64,000 nt of DNA from the human T2T-CHM13v2.0 reference genome, Homo sapiens, in the NCBI GenBank assembly GCA_009914755.4, contig CP068257.2, positions 34,592,001 through 34,656,000 of the forward strand, in the 5' to 3' direction. Within the stretch, counting starts at the first letter, position 1. Each line of letters begins with the position of its first letter. The notes under the pieces are model-generated. The model had not been told where the DNA came from and searched no databases. It worked only from the letters and a program-made list of their open reading frames with translations. Below, one piece after another: positions 1-21,021 of this stretch. The translations under genes were made by a program, and so were the position numbers.

Positions 1-296
<296 letters not shown>

Positions 297-1107
297 TAAG
301 TGTTCACACCCTCAGAGGTCCCTTCTGGAGGCCCCTGGCTTTGCAGAAATGTGCTTAGCTGCACACGGCGCTCAGACGGCCTCTGCACGCAGAGGGTCTG
401 CTGCATTGGCGGGTCTTTGTTTCCTTCCTCTGTCCTGTGTCACGGGGGCCACTGCCCACTCACACATGGAAACCCCCTCCTCCCTTGGCGTCCTCCCCCT
501 CCTCTCTTGTCTCCATTGGCTGCTCTCAAACCTAAATTATTGGGGTCCCCCAGGTATCCATCTCCAGGCCCTTCAAGGGAAGCTCTCTTCCCTGGTAACG
601 ACATCCCTTCTCGTGCCCTTAGAAATGGTAACCTCCCAGATCTTTGTCTCTTTTCCCCAAACCTGCCTCTTGTGCTTTTGTGTCTTGCTGTCTTTCGCCA
701 CCTGGTGGTGTTCCCACACTTTGATCTTAAAGTGTTCAGATTGAATTCGCAGGTGAGAAGATCTGCAGCTGAGTGTGAATTACCCTCTGGTTCCATTTCT
801 CTTTGCAAAATGGGGGTTGTAGACCTGCTTCACAGGATCTCTCTGATGACAAGGTGGAAAAATGGATGAAAAGCGCCTCGCACAATGATCAGGACACAGG
901 CGACCCCGATGAACACGTCCCTTTCCTGCCCCGTCAGTATCCCCTTTGTCTCTTTCTCTCCATCGTCTCAGCCCTGCTCTGGCTTCTTGTCTCTTACTCT
1001 TGGATCTGACTGGTTTCTTCCCATCCCAAATCTGCTAAGAGATTTGGGATGGGGAGAAAGCCTAGCTTTGCTCATATGTATCCTGTGCTTTAAAAATGTC
1101 TGACTTC

Positions 1108-1240
1108 CCGGCTGGGTGCGGTGACTCATGCCTGTAATCTCAGCACTTTGGGAGCCCTGAGGCAGGTGAATCACTTGAGGTCAGGAGGTCAAGAGCAGCC
1201 AGGCCAACATGATGAAACCCCACGTTTATTAAAAATACAA
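1108..1240 (+). mobile_element. partial Alu (left monomer), sense
   Basis: GGCTGGGTGCGGTGACTCATGCCTGTAATCTCAGCACTTTGGGAG… ending in an A-rich linker. Confidence 0.8.
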
Positions 1241-1245
1241 AAATT

Positions 1246-1917
<672 letters not shown>

Positions 1918-2436
1918 TCAGTGTAGCTCCTTCCTGTTCTTCAAGCCCAGCTTTCCCGTGGAGCATCATTGTTCTCTGCAGTTGAAAGAGCTCTCCTCTT
2001 CTGAACTCTGAGCGTTTGTCTGTGGCTCTAATTTCTTATGCATCTCTAGTCTACCTATCTGTATTCAGAAAAGACACTCAGAATATCTACTGAATTGATC
2101 AGGAATTATTTTCCCATGTGTCTTCAGAGCTTTAGTTTAAGGTTCCTGTTGGATCCTTTCTGGGATCGTAGAATTTGAGATCATAGAACCCGGCCATCTG
2201 GTCCAAACCCCTCCGGCTCTCACGTGGAACAGTGAGGTCTGCAGCTGAACGTCTTCTCCGATGTCACGCAGCCTGTGGCCTCGAGAGCTAGAACCCACAC
2301 CCTCCTGACCTGTGGCTGCTGGTTCTCTTCTGAGTGATATAACGCAGGAGTTTCAAGATTCCCGGGAAAGGTTACTTTCGTTTTTATGACCATAAAGAGT
2401 AGCCTGAAAATGCTAGTGCCGTTTGATCGTTTACAG

Positions 2437-2535
2437 GTGAAGTCTTTGCGTGCCTCCCTGTTGGACTCAAATGTTCTTGTGCAAAGAAATAATCTGGAAA
2501 TCGTTCTGTTTTTCTTCCCATTTTATACCTGTCTG
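2437..2535 (+). CDS. DOP1B: coding exon 1 in window of a DOP1/Dopey-family gene (tentatively DOP1B/DOPEY2); encodes [33 protein letters not shown]
   Basis: acceptor cgtttacag|GTGAAG and donor CTG|gtaagt; open frame with phase 0 in and 0 out, consistent with the next exon; the symbol is tentative (family recognised from the protein, paralog not verified). Confidence 0.8.
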
Positions 2536-2857
2536 GTAAGTAATTTGTACTCTTCTGGTAAGTCACTGGTGTTTCCCAAGGGGTGGGATATAGATCTCAA
2601 GCAGTTCTGTCGTACGAGGACAGCTCAGCCACTCATGGGCATTATTTGCTGGTAGCCAGTGAAAAGTCCTTGTTCATTTTTGCAAGGATAGCGTTTTCAT
2701 TGCACGTATTGAATAGCTTCTTTCCATGGGTAATGTGTAAGGAACCAGCCCATTTTGAGATAGAGCTTTGCAGACCAGCAAGGAAGGGCTGCGTGTCAAA
2801 AAGTCAGCAATCTGCCCTATCATTCCCTTGCAGTAAATTTCTCTGTCCTTCTAATAG

Positions 2858-2981
2858 GATTCCAATGAGAGAGCCATCCCCCTCCTCAGATCTGACATCG
2901 TGCGCATTCTCTCAGCCGCCACCCAGACCCTACTGAGAAGGGACATGTCCCTGAACAGAAGACTGTATGCATGGTTACTAG
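2858..2981 (+). CDS. DOP1B: coding exon 2; encodes [41 protein letters not shown](G)
   Basis: polypyrimidine tract plus ttctaatag|GATTCC acceptor; donor CTAG|gtactg; a stop lies immediately upstream in frame; phase 0 in and 1 out. Confidence 0.85.
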
Positions 2982-3662
2982 GTACTGAGCAGTATACACC
3001 CTTTTAAAGTCAAAGTTAATATGAAACCTTTTAGTGCTGACTTCTGGAATAAGATTTGGTCTTGGTGATGTATCTCTGAATCATGAAGTATGGAAAGATA
3101 CCACAATGACTAAATATGGCACTGGTCAGTTGAGGTCTGCTGCCTACACATAGCTTGGTTATTTTGCAGTTTCTTTTTTAAAAAAGGGGAAATAATAAGT
3201 GGGATTTTTAAAATGCCAACTGAATTCCATTTAAGAGCTTGAAATACCACCAAAAAGTGGTAGCAAAACCTTATTCAGGTAGAAGCCTGTTGCTATGGAG
3301 AAGTTCCATGGGATGAGGGTGTATCGTGGAGAAAACTTACAAATATTGTGGAAGATATGTAGATAAAGGAGGAGGTTTTGTGTAAGTGTAAATGTTTTGG
3401 GAGACATTTGGATAACTTTGGAGATCACGAGAGCCCCTGGGCCATGTTTCTGTGTGTCAGAGTGTGTGGACTGCCTATAAATTTGTTGGCAAAGGGCCCT
3501 TGACTATTGGTTGGAAGGCCTCCCAGGGACAGAGCCTAGGAAATTGCAACTTTAAAGATAACACGTTCATGAATTTTCTAAAGTCCCATATTCACGTACC
3601 TAAGAAAACGTATACAAAACGATTGTGACAGGACTTAACAGCTCTGATCAACTCTCAACATT

Positions 3663-3960
<298 letters not shown>

Positions 3961-4215
3961 AGCATTCAGATCTTATCAAAGATCTTACCAAAGTCAAGAA
4001 GTCCTCTTCAGTCCTTCCTGCTGTTCTCCCTAGTTATAAAACTTTAGAAAGTCATTGCATGGAAGCTTACTAAGGATTTTAAGAAGACTATTTGTAGGCT
4101 CTTTAAGGATTTGTATGTAAAGGATGATTTTGTCAAGGGCACAGCTCTGCTCCTACGGGACTTGATATGCTGTGTGGAGGACACTGGGCCTGACCACAGT
4201 GCCAGCTCTGGCTCA

Positions 4216-4787
<572 letters not shown>

Positions 4788-4973
4788 TCATTAGCCACAC
4801 CACTGTCAGAAGAAGAAAATCTGACGTGGTCTTTCTGGATCTGATTTTGGTTTTCCATCAGAAGAATGATATTTTTAAAAATATTGGAGCATGAGACTTT
4901 TGCACAATATGATGTCCTTTAAAAGCACAGCTCTCTTTACAGCTCGGCGCTTGTTCTTTTGTAGGCTCAGACA

Positions 4974-5074
4974 TAAAAGGAAATACCGTTGTGCCAGAAT
5001 CTGAAATCTCAAATTCTTATGAAGACCAGTCGTCTTATTTTTTTGAAAAATACTCCAAGGATCTTTTAGTTGAG
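4974..5074 (+). CDS. DOP1B: coding exon 3; encodes (G)[36 protein letters not shown]
   Basis: acceptor ttgttcttttgtag|GCTCAG; donor GTTGAG|gtaaag; phase 1 in matches the exon 2 leftover G (gGC=Gly); phase 0 out. Confidence 0.85.
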
Positions 5075-5325
5075 GTAAAGGAGCATTTCCGGAAAGTTCA
5101 GGGTATCCTTGGTGACGATTCTCCAGTGGATTTCTTTGGGAGGCTTCCACATAGGCAGTGAGCACGTTCCTTGGCCCCTGGTTTGGGGAACTGCAGGGTA
5201 TTTGTTGCATGCTGGGTGACTGGTTTTCCTTCTGTCCCAGAGTATTTAACAATTAGAATAGCCAGTAATGTTGTTACACTTTATGATATACGATATTCTA
5301 ATATGTGGCTTTTTTTAAATAATAG

Positions 5326-5440
5326 GGTTTGGCTGAGATATTGCATCAGAAGTTCATAGATGCTGACGTGGAGGAACGCCATCATGCATACCTGAAGCCT
5401 TTTCGCGTCCTCATCAGTCTGCTTGACAAGCCAGAAATAG
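5326..5440 (+). CDS. DOP1B: coding exon 4; encodes [38 protein letters not shown]
   Basis: acceptor ttaaataatag|GGTTTG; donor GAAATAG|gtaatg; phase 0 in and 1 out. Confidence 0.85.
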
Positions 5441-5629
5441 GTAATGTTAGAAATGCTGCTTCTATCCTATGCTGAATACAGATTACCTGTTTTCAGGGAA
5501 ATACAACATGGTGAGATACAACCAAAGCGTTATTTTGAATATAATTTAATATTTGGAATTTCACAACTTTGAAGTCATGTTATATGGTTCAATGATCATA
5601 TCTGTGGTCACTTACAAGTTTTGCATGGC

Positions 5630-5930
5630 TGGGCGCAGTGGCTCATGCCTGTAATCCTAGCACTTTGGGAGGTAGAGGAAGGAAGATCACTTGAGCTCAT
5701 GGATTTGAAACCAGCCTGGGTAATATGGCTGAAAAGCCATGTTGAAAAACCCCATCTCTATAAAAAAATACAAAAAAATTAGCCAGGCGTGGTGGTGCTT
5801 CCCTGTAGTCCCAGCTACCAAGTGGCTGAGGTGGGAAGACCACCTGAGCCCAGGGGGTCGAGGCTGCAGTGAGCTGTGATTGTACCACGGCACTCCAGCC
5901 TGGGCGACAGAGTGAGACCCAGTCTGAAAA
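5630..5930 (+). mobile_element. Alu SINE, sense
   Basis: Alu consensus match with A-rich tail. Confidence 0.9.
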
Positions 5931-6263
5931 AAAAGTTTTGCACAATAATTTGAACATTTTTTGTTAGGAAAATACCTTTGAGCTCCTATAGTGTCTACAG
6001 AACATGTGGTATTTCCTTTTTAAGCCTATTTTTTCAATGTCATACTTAAAATGAGCTTTGGTTTGATTTTCAATTAAGTAGGGGACCCCGTCCATCTTTT
6101 TGCCTTGGGATCCTGGGCAAGCCACTTCTTTTCACTGTGGAGAGTAAAAACATTTTCACTGTAAAATGAAGAGGGTTGAACTAGACTCTGGTCACCAAAG
6201 GCTCCCTTCTTAGATACTATGGTCCTATGAGCATAGGTTGAGAAAAGTGACCTTCTCTCACTA

Positions 6264-6306
6264 TTTATTTATTTATGAATGAATGAATGAACGAATGAAT
6301 GAATGG
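6264..6306. repeat. (TTTA)n then (TGAA)n tetranucleotide microsatellite
   Basis: tatttatttatttatgaatgaatgaatgaacgaatgaatgaatgg, abutting the poly-T side of an antisense Alu. Confidence 0.9.
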
Positions 6307-6588
6307 CAGAGTCTCGCTCTGTTGCCCAGGCTGGAGTGCAGTGGCGCAATCTCGGCTCACTAAAACCTCTGTCTCCTGGGTTCGAACAATTAATTCTCCT
6401 GCCTCAGCTTCCCCAGTAGCTGGGATTACAGGCATGTGCCACCATGCCTGGCTAATTTTTGTATTTTCAGTAGAGACAGGGTTTCATCATCTTGGCTAAG
6501 CTGGTCTCAAACTCCTGACCTCAAGTGATCCACCTGCCTCGGCCTCCCAAAGTGCTGGGATTACAGGTGTGAGCCACTGCACCTGGCC
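6307..6588 (-). mobile_element. Alu SINE, antisense
   Basis: Alu consensus match, antisense (CAGAGTCTCGCTCTGTTGCCCAGGCTGGAGTGCAGTGGCGC…GTGAGCCACTGCACCTGGCC). Confidence 0.9.
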
Positions 6589-6616
6589 CTCTCCCTCACT
6601 TTAAAAAGAAATTTGC

Positions 6617-7225
<609 letters not shown>

Positions 7226-7349
7226 TCACTTTAAGGTCTGCATCTGCTTATGTGAGCCCTATACCAGGGAAAAGATCCCCATGTCTTCCATAGGATTGCA
7301 AGCCTAAGAATGTCATTTCAGTGCTCCAGGTGTACCTACCTCCTGGTAG

Positions 7350-7681
<332 letters not shown>

Positions 7682-8159
7682 AGAGCTGAGGGCATTAGTG
7701 AAGTGGCCTCTCTCTGGCCTTGGGATGGAGGCCCTTCGCTTATCCATTCAAAAGCACAGAGCATCTGCCATGTGGCAGGGATGGTGCCAGCTCTAGGGGG
7801 ACAAAAGGGGAGCAGCTTCTCATGAAGTTAGAGGGAAGGGGAGACTCCATGTTCCTGGAGTGTTTTTACTGTTCATTAATAATAACCATGGCTGACATTT
7901 TTTGAGCAATTATTTTGTGCCAAGTGATTTACATACATCCTTTTATATCTGTCTGCACACACACCTCTGTCCCTCCAACAACCCCAAGGTAGGTTCTCCC
8001 ACTATGCCTGTTTTACAAATGGAAAGACTAAGGTTGGGTGGGAGTAGGTAATTTGCCCAGGGCCAGTCAGGAGCCTAAGCTGGGTTTGTCAGCACCCCCC
8101 GATGCTTGCCTGATTGCACTCAGAGAAGTCCTACCCGAGATGTTTGCCTCTGTCACCAG

Positions 8160-8213
8160 GTGAACTTTATTCCAAGAGTTGTGCAGCTCTCGTCATTCTT
8201 AACGAAAGTCCAA
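8160..8213 (+). CDS. DOP1B: coding micro-exon 5 (54 nt); encodes (G)ELYSKSCAALVILNESP
   Basis: acceptor cctctgtcaccag|GTGAAC; donor CCAA|gtatga (sub-optimal); phase 1 in and 1 out, consistent with both neighbours. Confidence 0.7.
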
Positions 8214-8696
8214 GTATGAAGCTTTTGTTCTTCCAGGCTCTGCCCATGATGTGCTGCCTCAGGGTGTCTGCACTTTGTTCAGATTCCTCTTCCCATCTGC
8301 CCGCTCCCACCTTAAACCAAATAGATTTTCCTGCTAGTGTAGAGTAACTGCAGCTCTGAAAAATCATGATTTAGTCCAAAAAGTGGAACACTTATATAAA
8401 TGTATTGGGAGCTTGCTGTGTAACTTCAGGGAAGTATTAAAAGAAGAAAATATAACTTAGCATTCTGGAGATGTGTGTTTTATGTCAAAGCCATGCACCT
8501 TGGTGAGCCAAGTAAACGTTGCTGCTAACTTGGCTCCAGGTCGTATTTTCTGGAAGCAAATGAATATCACGCTCCTGCCCAATCATAACAGTCACTTAAT
8601 TTACTCTTTCCAATTTTTTAGCTGTCTGCAAGAAATCACACTCAGGAGGCAAAGGAGGTGATTATACAGAACTAGAAGGCACAGGACGGCCATTCA

Positions 8697-9134
<438 letters not shown>

Positions 9135-9957
9135 TTAAAAAAAATACACAGGAAACTTAGCATGAAAATAATTCTCTCAGAGGCACATCTTTTGGTTTTG
9201 TGAAAAGAAGTGTAAAAGATTGGATTAATCTGCTTTTTTGCCAGTGTTGACAGAGCTTTCATTTTCTCTGAATTGATTGTGTGTTTCTGCCTTTGGATAC
9301 ATGGGTAAGAAGTCAGGCCCTCAGCTGCCTGAGGGTTGCGGTTTGCGGAGCAGCAATGCCCTGCCCATCCCCTGCCTGGTTGCAGGGAAGCTTCTCTAAC
9401 ATGCAGCTGGTCCAGTTCTTTTGTGCCATCTTTCTCAGCGTTTCAGGATAGCCATCATTTCTTTTGTGTTGCTCCAGCTCATGACTAAAGGAATTGAAGA
9501 AGTTGCCCTGCTCTCTGGATATTTCTGTTGAGTAACGTCCCTGGCCAGCAGTTTATGCACACTTAACACACGTAGTCTGCGCTCTGCCTCTATCTAGCAG
9601 AATCTGCTTTGGGCAAGTTACTTAACCTCTCTGTGCTTCCATCTCCTTATGTGTAATCAGCAGTACAGGATCTGTCTGCATGGCTGTTACGAGGGTTTAA
9701 TACGTTAATAGATGTAAAACGCGTAGAAGGGTGTCTGGCACACAGGAAGTTCTACAAAAATGTTGGCTATTTTCATGAATGTTGTTTCCCCAGCTAAAGT
9801 TGTCACCAGTAAAGTTAAGTTTCTGTATATTTTAGACTATATAAAATGTCTGTCTGCACAGGTTTACTGTATATATGTCTTATGTATATACATATGTCAC
9901 TTACTGATTTAAAGGGGATTGTTAATCTGTCTCTGACCATCTTCCTTCTAATTACAG

Positions 9958-10078
9958 GGCCTCAAGTGGTTGGGAATTTGTTTCTCGAAGTCATCAGGGC
10001 CTTTTATTCTTACTGCAGAGATGCCCTTGGCTCTGATCTTAAACTTAGCTACACCCAGAGTGGAAATTCGCTGATAAG
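9958..10078 (+). CDS. DOP1B: coding exon 6; encodes (R)[39 protein letters not shown]
   Basis: acceptor cttctaattacag|GGCCTC; donor GATAAG|gtatgg; phase 1 in and 2 out. Confidence 0.85.
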
Positions 10079-11104
10079 GTATGGGTTTGGCCTTGAACCT
10101 CACGCATCTCTCTCCCTCCCCGGTACTGTGATTTTTTTTTTCCTCTCTTGCTTACTATAAATTGTGAAGTGGTAGAGAAAGCAGAGATGCAGCAGGTGAG
10201 ACCATTGGTGAAAATAATCAATGCGTTGAAGTCAGTCCATGGGAATTGACTGTTCCCTACTGAGTACGGTGAAGAGTTTAAAGGGAGTTTGATATAGTCT
10301 TTCCCCCAGCCTGGGATGGACAGGTATTTATTGATTTTTTGATCAAGTATGAAACAATGAAATGTATGTATTGATCAAGTATGAAACTCGTTTAACAAAG
10401 GCAGCTTGATCTAGTATACCCAAGTGGTGAGTTACAGGGCAGAGAGAACAGAGAAAATGGAGGGGAGGGCACCTGGCAAGTGGAAAGGGGATGTGAGTCT
10501 TCAGGACAGGAGTCCAGGGGGTGTTGGGGGAGATTGGGGGAGACCCAGGCAGGGCACCGGAGAGCACAGGCTCCATTCCCCCAGAGGCAGAGTGAGTGGT
10601 GTTTGGAAGACAGCGGGCACATTGGCCTCACGTGCGCAGTTACACACAAACCCTGTTTTGTTTGTTTATTTTGTTCCTTTTAAGGGAATACAACTTTTTC
10701 CTTTTTGCTTTACTCTTAATGTAATTTCCTTCTGCCTGAACTAGCATTGGGTACATTGAAAATTTAAATCAATGTTAATATTTTTCTGGTTTGTTAGTTG
10801 TAAGTGTACTAAGAGTTCTTAGTGTTTGCTTTTTTCTCCCAGAATGAAAGCGGTTTATTGTTTTTCTGAGTATGAAAGTAATACATGCTCATTGTTGCAT
10901 TTACTGATATTTGAAAGATCAAGAAAAAAGGTGTCACACGTAATCCTAGCACTCTTCAGAGAAAACCATAAAACATTTTTACTTCTTTCTAGATTTCTAC
11001 TACATACATAAATACATAGATGCCTGTCTTTTATTTTAAAGGTAGAATTACACCAGTTATTTAGTTGCTTGGGGTTTTCTTTTTGTTTTCTTGTTGGTTT
11101 GTTT

Positions 11105-11388
<284 letters not shown>

Positions 11389-11419
11389 TACTCTCTGGAG
11401 TGTCACTCTCCAGCATGAC

Positions 11420-11697
11420 AAGGTCTCACTCTGTCTCCCAGGCTAGAGCACAGTGGCACCATCAATGGTCACTGCAGCCTTGAACTCCTGGGATCAAGTG
11501 ATCCTCACACCTCAGCTTCCCAAGTAGCTACGACTATAGGCACACACAACCACACCTGGCTAATTTTTAATTTTTCTGTAGAGACAAGGTCTTGCTATGT
11601 TGCACAGGCTGGTCTTGAATTCCTGGCCTCAAGCAGTCCTCCTGCCTCAGCCTCCCAAACTGCTGGGACTACAGGTGTGAGCCACTGTGCCCGGCCA
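11420..11697 (-). mobile_element. Alu SINE, antisense (older subfamily, diverged)
   Basis: Alu consensus match, antisense. Confidence 0.85.
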
Positions 11698-11795
11698 CTG
11701 CTTGTTTTTTAAAATGCAAGTTGTGAGTAGCTCTACACTATTCTCCTATGGGATTAGTTGCCTTAGATATTTGTTAAGGATTTATCATTTATTTA

Positions 11796-12766
<971 letters not shown>

Positions 12767-12881
12767 ATTTTTTAATGGCCATTTAGTGGTACACTTCTGC
12801 ACACATCTATGTAGCTGTGCAGGGATTTCGGTAGGATAAATTTCTTGAATAAATTTCCTGAGCCATAGAAGATAAAATTTA

Positions 12882-13183
<302 letters not shown>

Positions 13184-13271
13184 AGATAAACATTTAAAAT
13201 CTTGGCTGAATTTCCCTGCTGAATATCCATGTACCATGTTATTCCACCAGTAGAGTATGGACTAAAACTGA

Positions 13272-13597
<326 letters not shown>

Positions 13598-13816
13598 TGA
13601 AATTTATTTTTAAGAGACTGTATCAATATAAATATTGTTTACGATGGCATTATGCAAACACATTATAAGAACAGTAATATTTTCATTTTTATCAGGGTGT
13701 GTCAGCTTCTCTAGAAATAAGTTGCAGATGGTGAAATCAATTACAGTTTTTTGGACACTTTTTGTAATTCAGGATTTTTTTATAGACATATTTATTCATG
13801 TCCTCCCCTTTTACAG

Positions 13817-13936
13817 TGCAATCAAGGAAAACAGAAATGCCTCTGAGATTGTCAAAACGGTAAATTTGCTGATAACTTCTCTAAGCACAGACTTTCTCTG
13901 GGATTATATGACAAGGTGTTTTGAGGAATGCTTTAG
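13817..13936 (+). CDS. DOP1B: coding exon 7; encodes (S)[39 protein letters not shown]
   Basis: acceptor ctccccttttacag|TGCAAT; donor CTTTAG|gtaagt (strong); phase 2 in and 2 out. Confidence 0.85.
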
Positions 13937-14749
13937 GTAAGTATGCAGTTCAAGAATGCAGAATATTTAGGAAGGATGAGAGGGTTTAATAATTTTGTAG
14001 CTGCTTAGAATATCAGATTATATATAAGTAGCTGAAGCTGAGTAGTCTTTCCTGAGTTTTAAAATTCAACTAAAACAGGATTGGAAAGAATTCACTTAAG
14101 ATTCTAGCAGAATAAAAACATCTCCAATAAGAAGGTTCACATAATCTTTGCCATGTAATTCTGAAGCTGCTTTAAAAGTCTAACTTTAGAAAATCCTCAG
14201 CGCATTTTCTGGTTACATTCATCAAATCAGCTTTCCTCTCCTGGCTGCCCGATCTATTGAAAGCAGCTTAGTTTTGTGGCTTTGTGACTGGATAGAGTGT
14301 TTTTGAAACTCTTGCTGAAATGAATGTAACTGGTCAGATAAAAGCATTAATGTTTTAAGCTACTATAATCAGCTTTACCATCTCTTTTAACCGGGTGAAT
14401 TGCACCACCCCTAAATTGTTTGCAGTGGCGTACCCCAGGAATACCGAGCTTTCCTGGAGAGCCCTTTCCCATGCCATTTTCTTTACGGGAGGAATAAGGT
14501 CATGTCTCAAACCCTGTTTTGTCCTGAGGCATGCTGTAAAACTTATTTCTTGTTCATCTCCACTGTAATGCTCTTGGCTGTTTCAGAGTCTTACTTCTCA
14601 GCTGCTACCACTACACTTTTCTGCCCAAATAAGCTCACAACCCTGGGAAAAATAAGTTAATTGCAATTGGATCCACAGGCAACAGCAAGGCCATATTATA
14701 TTGAGGTTAGAGTATGCTTTGGTCAGCCTGGTTGTTATGTTATTTTTTA

Positions 14750-15066
<317 letters not shown>

Positions 15067-15759
15067 TCCTGGTTATTAAAAAAAAAAAAAGAATAAAATG
15101 TTTCTACCCAGATAGAGCTGACTCTCCATCTTTGCAACATTTTGTCCTCTTTTCATCCCAGAGTTAATCCCTGTCCTGAGATTAATGTCTGTCTTCAGTG
15201 TAACATGGCTTTGCTGTTGCCTGTGGATCCTATTACAGTTAATTTATTCATCCCAGGGTTATGAGATGAAAAGCAATAGATACTTTTTAACTTACCCATT
15301 TATCTAGTAGCCTGTTTATTTTAAAAGAAGTCTTGAATTTCAGTATAAGATAAGCAACTAACAATAGTTGATTGGTGGGGTTACACTTCTCTACAGAAGC
15401 TGAAACTTTCTAGGCAACTCAGGTGCTGATAAACTCCTGGAATTACTTGGAGAGGAGTAGTCCCAGGCCACTCCTACAGCAGGGTGAACAGCCATGTGGA
15501 CTGTGGTGTTCTCCAGCCCAGCCTCGTTCCCTTGGATCGTGCTTTTGGGCTTGGACTGGGGACTTGGGATTACATCTGTCGATGGTACTCCAGGTCTCCT
15601 GGGAGACACCTGAATTGGTAGAGTTCAAGTCAGAGGGAATCTGTTTGGACACCAACAGATTCAGGACACTTATTGACACTTCTACATGTTAGATACTTTT
15701 AGTCACCAAAATTTAGTTATGAGAACTACAAAAGCTGCCTTCCATTATGTTTGAAGTAG

Positions 15760-16116
<357 letters not shown>

Positions 16117-16150
16117 AAAGAATGGATTTTTTCTTTGCTGTGATTTATAG

Positions 16151-16253
16151 ACCAGTGAAGCAGCGTTACAGCGTGAGGAACAGCGTCAGCCCTCCCCCCA
16201 CGGTCTCGGAGCTCTGCGCCCTCCTGGTCTTCCTGCTGGATGTCATTCCTTTG
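16151..16253 (+). CDS. DOP1B: coding exon 8; encodes (R)[34 protein letters not shown]
   Basis: acceptor ctgtgatttatag|ACCAGT; donor CCTTTG|gtgagt; phase 2 in and 0 out. Confidence 0.85.
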
Positions 16254-16724
16254 GTGAGTGCTGGGGAAGGGACATCTCAACGCCTGCTATTATTTACATT
16301 CTTACTGGTGGTGATGGCCTGCTTTATCAACCTCACATTACTGAAAATGTTTTACATAAATATGCAACACTGTTTTGATGTTTGTTTTGGCATAAAAGAT
16401 ATAGCTGGATGTAATCTCTTAAATTTTTAATGTCTTATTTAAAAGGGGCTATAACTTTTGGGCCAGTTGTAAGTGGGCAAAGCTGAAGTTAGGTCAACCA
16501 GCTGAAGAACTGGGTATCATTCCCGTACTACAGTTACTTTAGGGAAAGAGTCAATACATTTCCTAGTTAAAATTGTGCTGTTGGCTAATTTTCTCAAAGG
16601 AAACTAATTTCCTTAATGTAGAAACGTGCCAATTTTATTTTTTATTAGAAAGTGTAAAGCCACTTGCAAGGAGAGGAGTAACATCCTTGATTTGTCTAGA
16701 TCAAATTGAAATACCGAGCCTAGC

Positions 16725-16845
16725 TCTGTGGTATGCGCTCGTAATTCCCAGCTACTCAGGAGGCTGAGATTGGAGCATTGCTTGAGCCCAGGAATTTGAG
16801 ACCAGCCTGGACAGCATAACATGATCCAGTCTCAAACAAAAACAA
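16725..16845 (+). mobile_element. FLAM-like Alu monomer fragment, sense
   Basis: GTAATTCCCAGCTACTCAGGAGGCTGAG…GCTTGAGCCCAGGAATTTGAGACCAGCCTGGACAGCATAACATGATCCAGTCTC. Confidence 0.6.
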
Positions 16846-16848
16846 TAG

Positions 16849-17501
<653 letters not shown>

Positions 17502-17509
17502 TGAAAATT

Positions 17510-18192
<683 letters not shown>

Positions 18193-18271
18193 TTAGATGC
18201 CATTTTGAGATGCATTGTTTTTCTGATTGTGAACCAACATTGTGGGGTTAACCTACACGTTTATTTCACAG

Positions 18272-18463
18272 GAACTTTACTCTGAGGTGCAAACCCAGTA
18301 TCTCCCTCAGGTGCTCGGCTGCCTGGTGCAGCCTCTTGCTGAGGACATGGAGGCCTTAAGTTTACCTGAACTCACGCATGCCTTGAAGACGTGTTTCAAG
18401 GTGCTCAGCAAAGTCCAGATGCCTCCTTCCTACCTCGACACGGAGTCCACCAGCGGAACCTCG
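18272..18463 (+). CDS. DOP1B: coding exon 9 (192 nt, in-frame); encodes [64 protein letters not shown]
   Basis: acceptor tttatttcacag|GAACTT; donor ACCTCG|gtgtgt; phase 0 in and 0 out. Confidence 0.85.
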
Positions 18464-18627
18464 GTGTGTACTCTGAGGGGCAGAAATGGTTCTGGGGGCT
18501 AAAAGCAGCTTATGCCTTCCTGGGAGTAGAAAGTCTTTAGGGTTGGTTAGGATAGGAATAAAGATGAGAAGATACCCAGGTGATATGTCAAATATGCTTG
18601 TAAAACCCTCACTTTAAAAGGTTTTAG

Positions 18628-19550
<923 letters not shown>

Positions 19551-20204
19551 ATTTTTAAGTTTAGCACCCTTTGTTTCACCCATTCTCATGCTACTTGCCT
19601 GCTCTGTAACTGCAGTTAATGGTTAGATACAGTTAATAACTATGTAACTACAGTTAATGGGCTAGTTATAACTAGCCCTGCACTGTTTTATGTGTGTGTT
19701 TGTGGCATGTGATTTTGGTTATTTCGAATATAAGCGAGATGAGGTACTGGATTAGTTTGCTGGGACTGCCATAATAAAGTACCACAGACTGGGTGGCTTC
19801 CACAACAGACACTTGTTTTCTCATGGTTTTGAAGGCCAGGGCCTGACACGAAGGTGTCAGCAAGGTTGGCACCTCCTGAGTGCACTGGGGAAAAAGAGTC
19901 TGTCTCATGCCTCCCCCGAGCTTCTGGTGGTTTGCTGGCAATATTCAGCATTCCTCGGCTTGTCCAGGCATCAGCCCAGTCTCGGCCTTTATGTTCACTT
20001 GGCCGTCAACCTGTGTGCATGTCTGTCTCTGTGTCCAGATCTCTCCTTTTTATAAATCCAGTCCTACTGGATTTGGGCCCACTCTAATGATCTCATCTTA
20101 ATTGGATCATCTGCAGAGACTCTATTTTCAAATTAAGGTCACATTCACAGGTACTGGGAGTTAGGACTTCAACCTATTTTTGGGGGACACCGTTCAACCC
20201 ATAA

Positions 20205-20706
<502 letters not shown>

Positions 20707-21021
20707 AGAAACAATTCTTAAACAACTTTTTTGAACTCTAAAGGGGTTATATATTTAGACAAAAACACAAGAAAAATAGGCCCAAAAGCCAGCCTCCCCA
20801 GAGAGCATGTGGGTGTACCAGCCTCCTCTTTGCTACCCACCGCTCTCCTTCTCCTGCTTTGGGTGCCTCCTAAATTTCATTATACACTTAACACAGGGAT
20901 TCTCTAGTCTGGAGAGTGATGATTTTGAAAAACAGAATTGAAATACATTCATGATTTCAACTGATACTTAAATAGCTTGGTGTTAAGAGATGCACAATTC
21001 ACATCTTTTTATTTTTTACAG

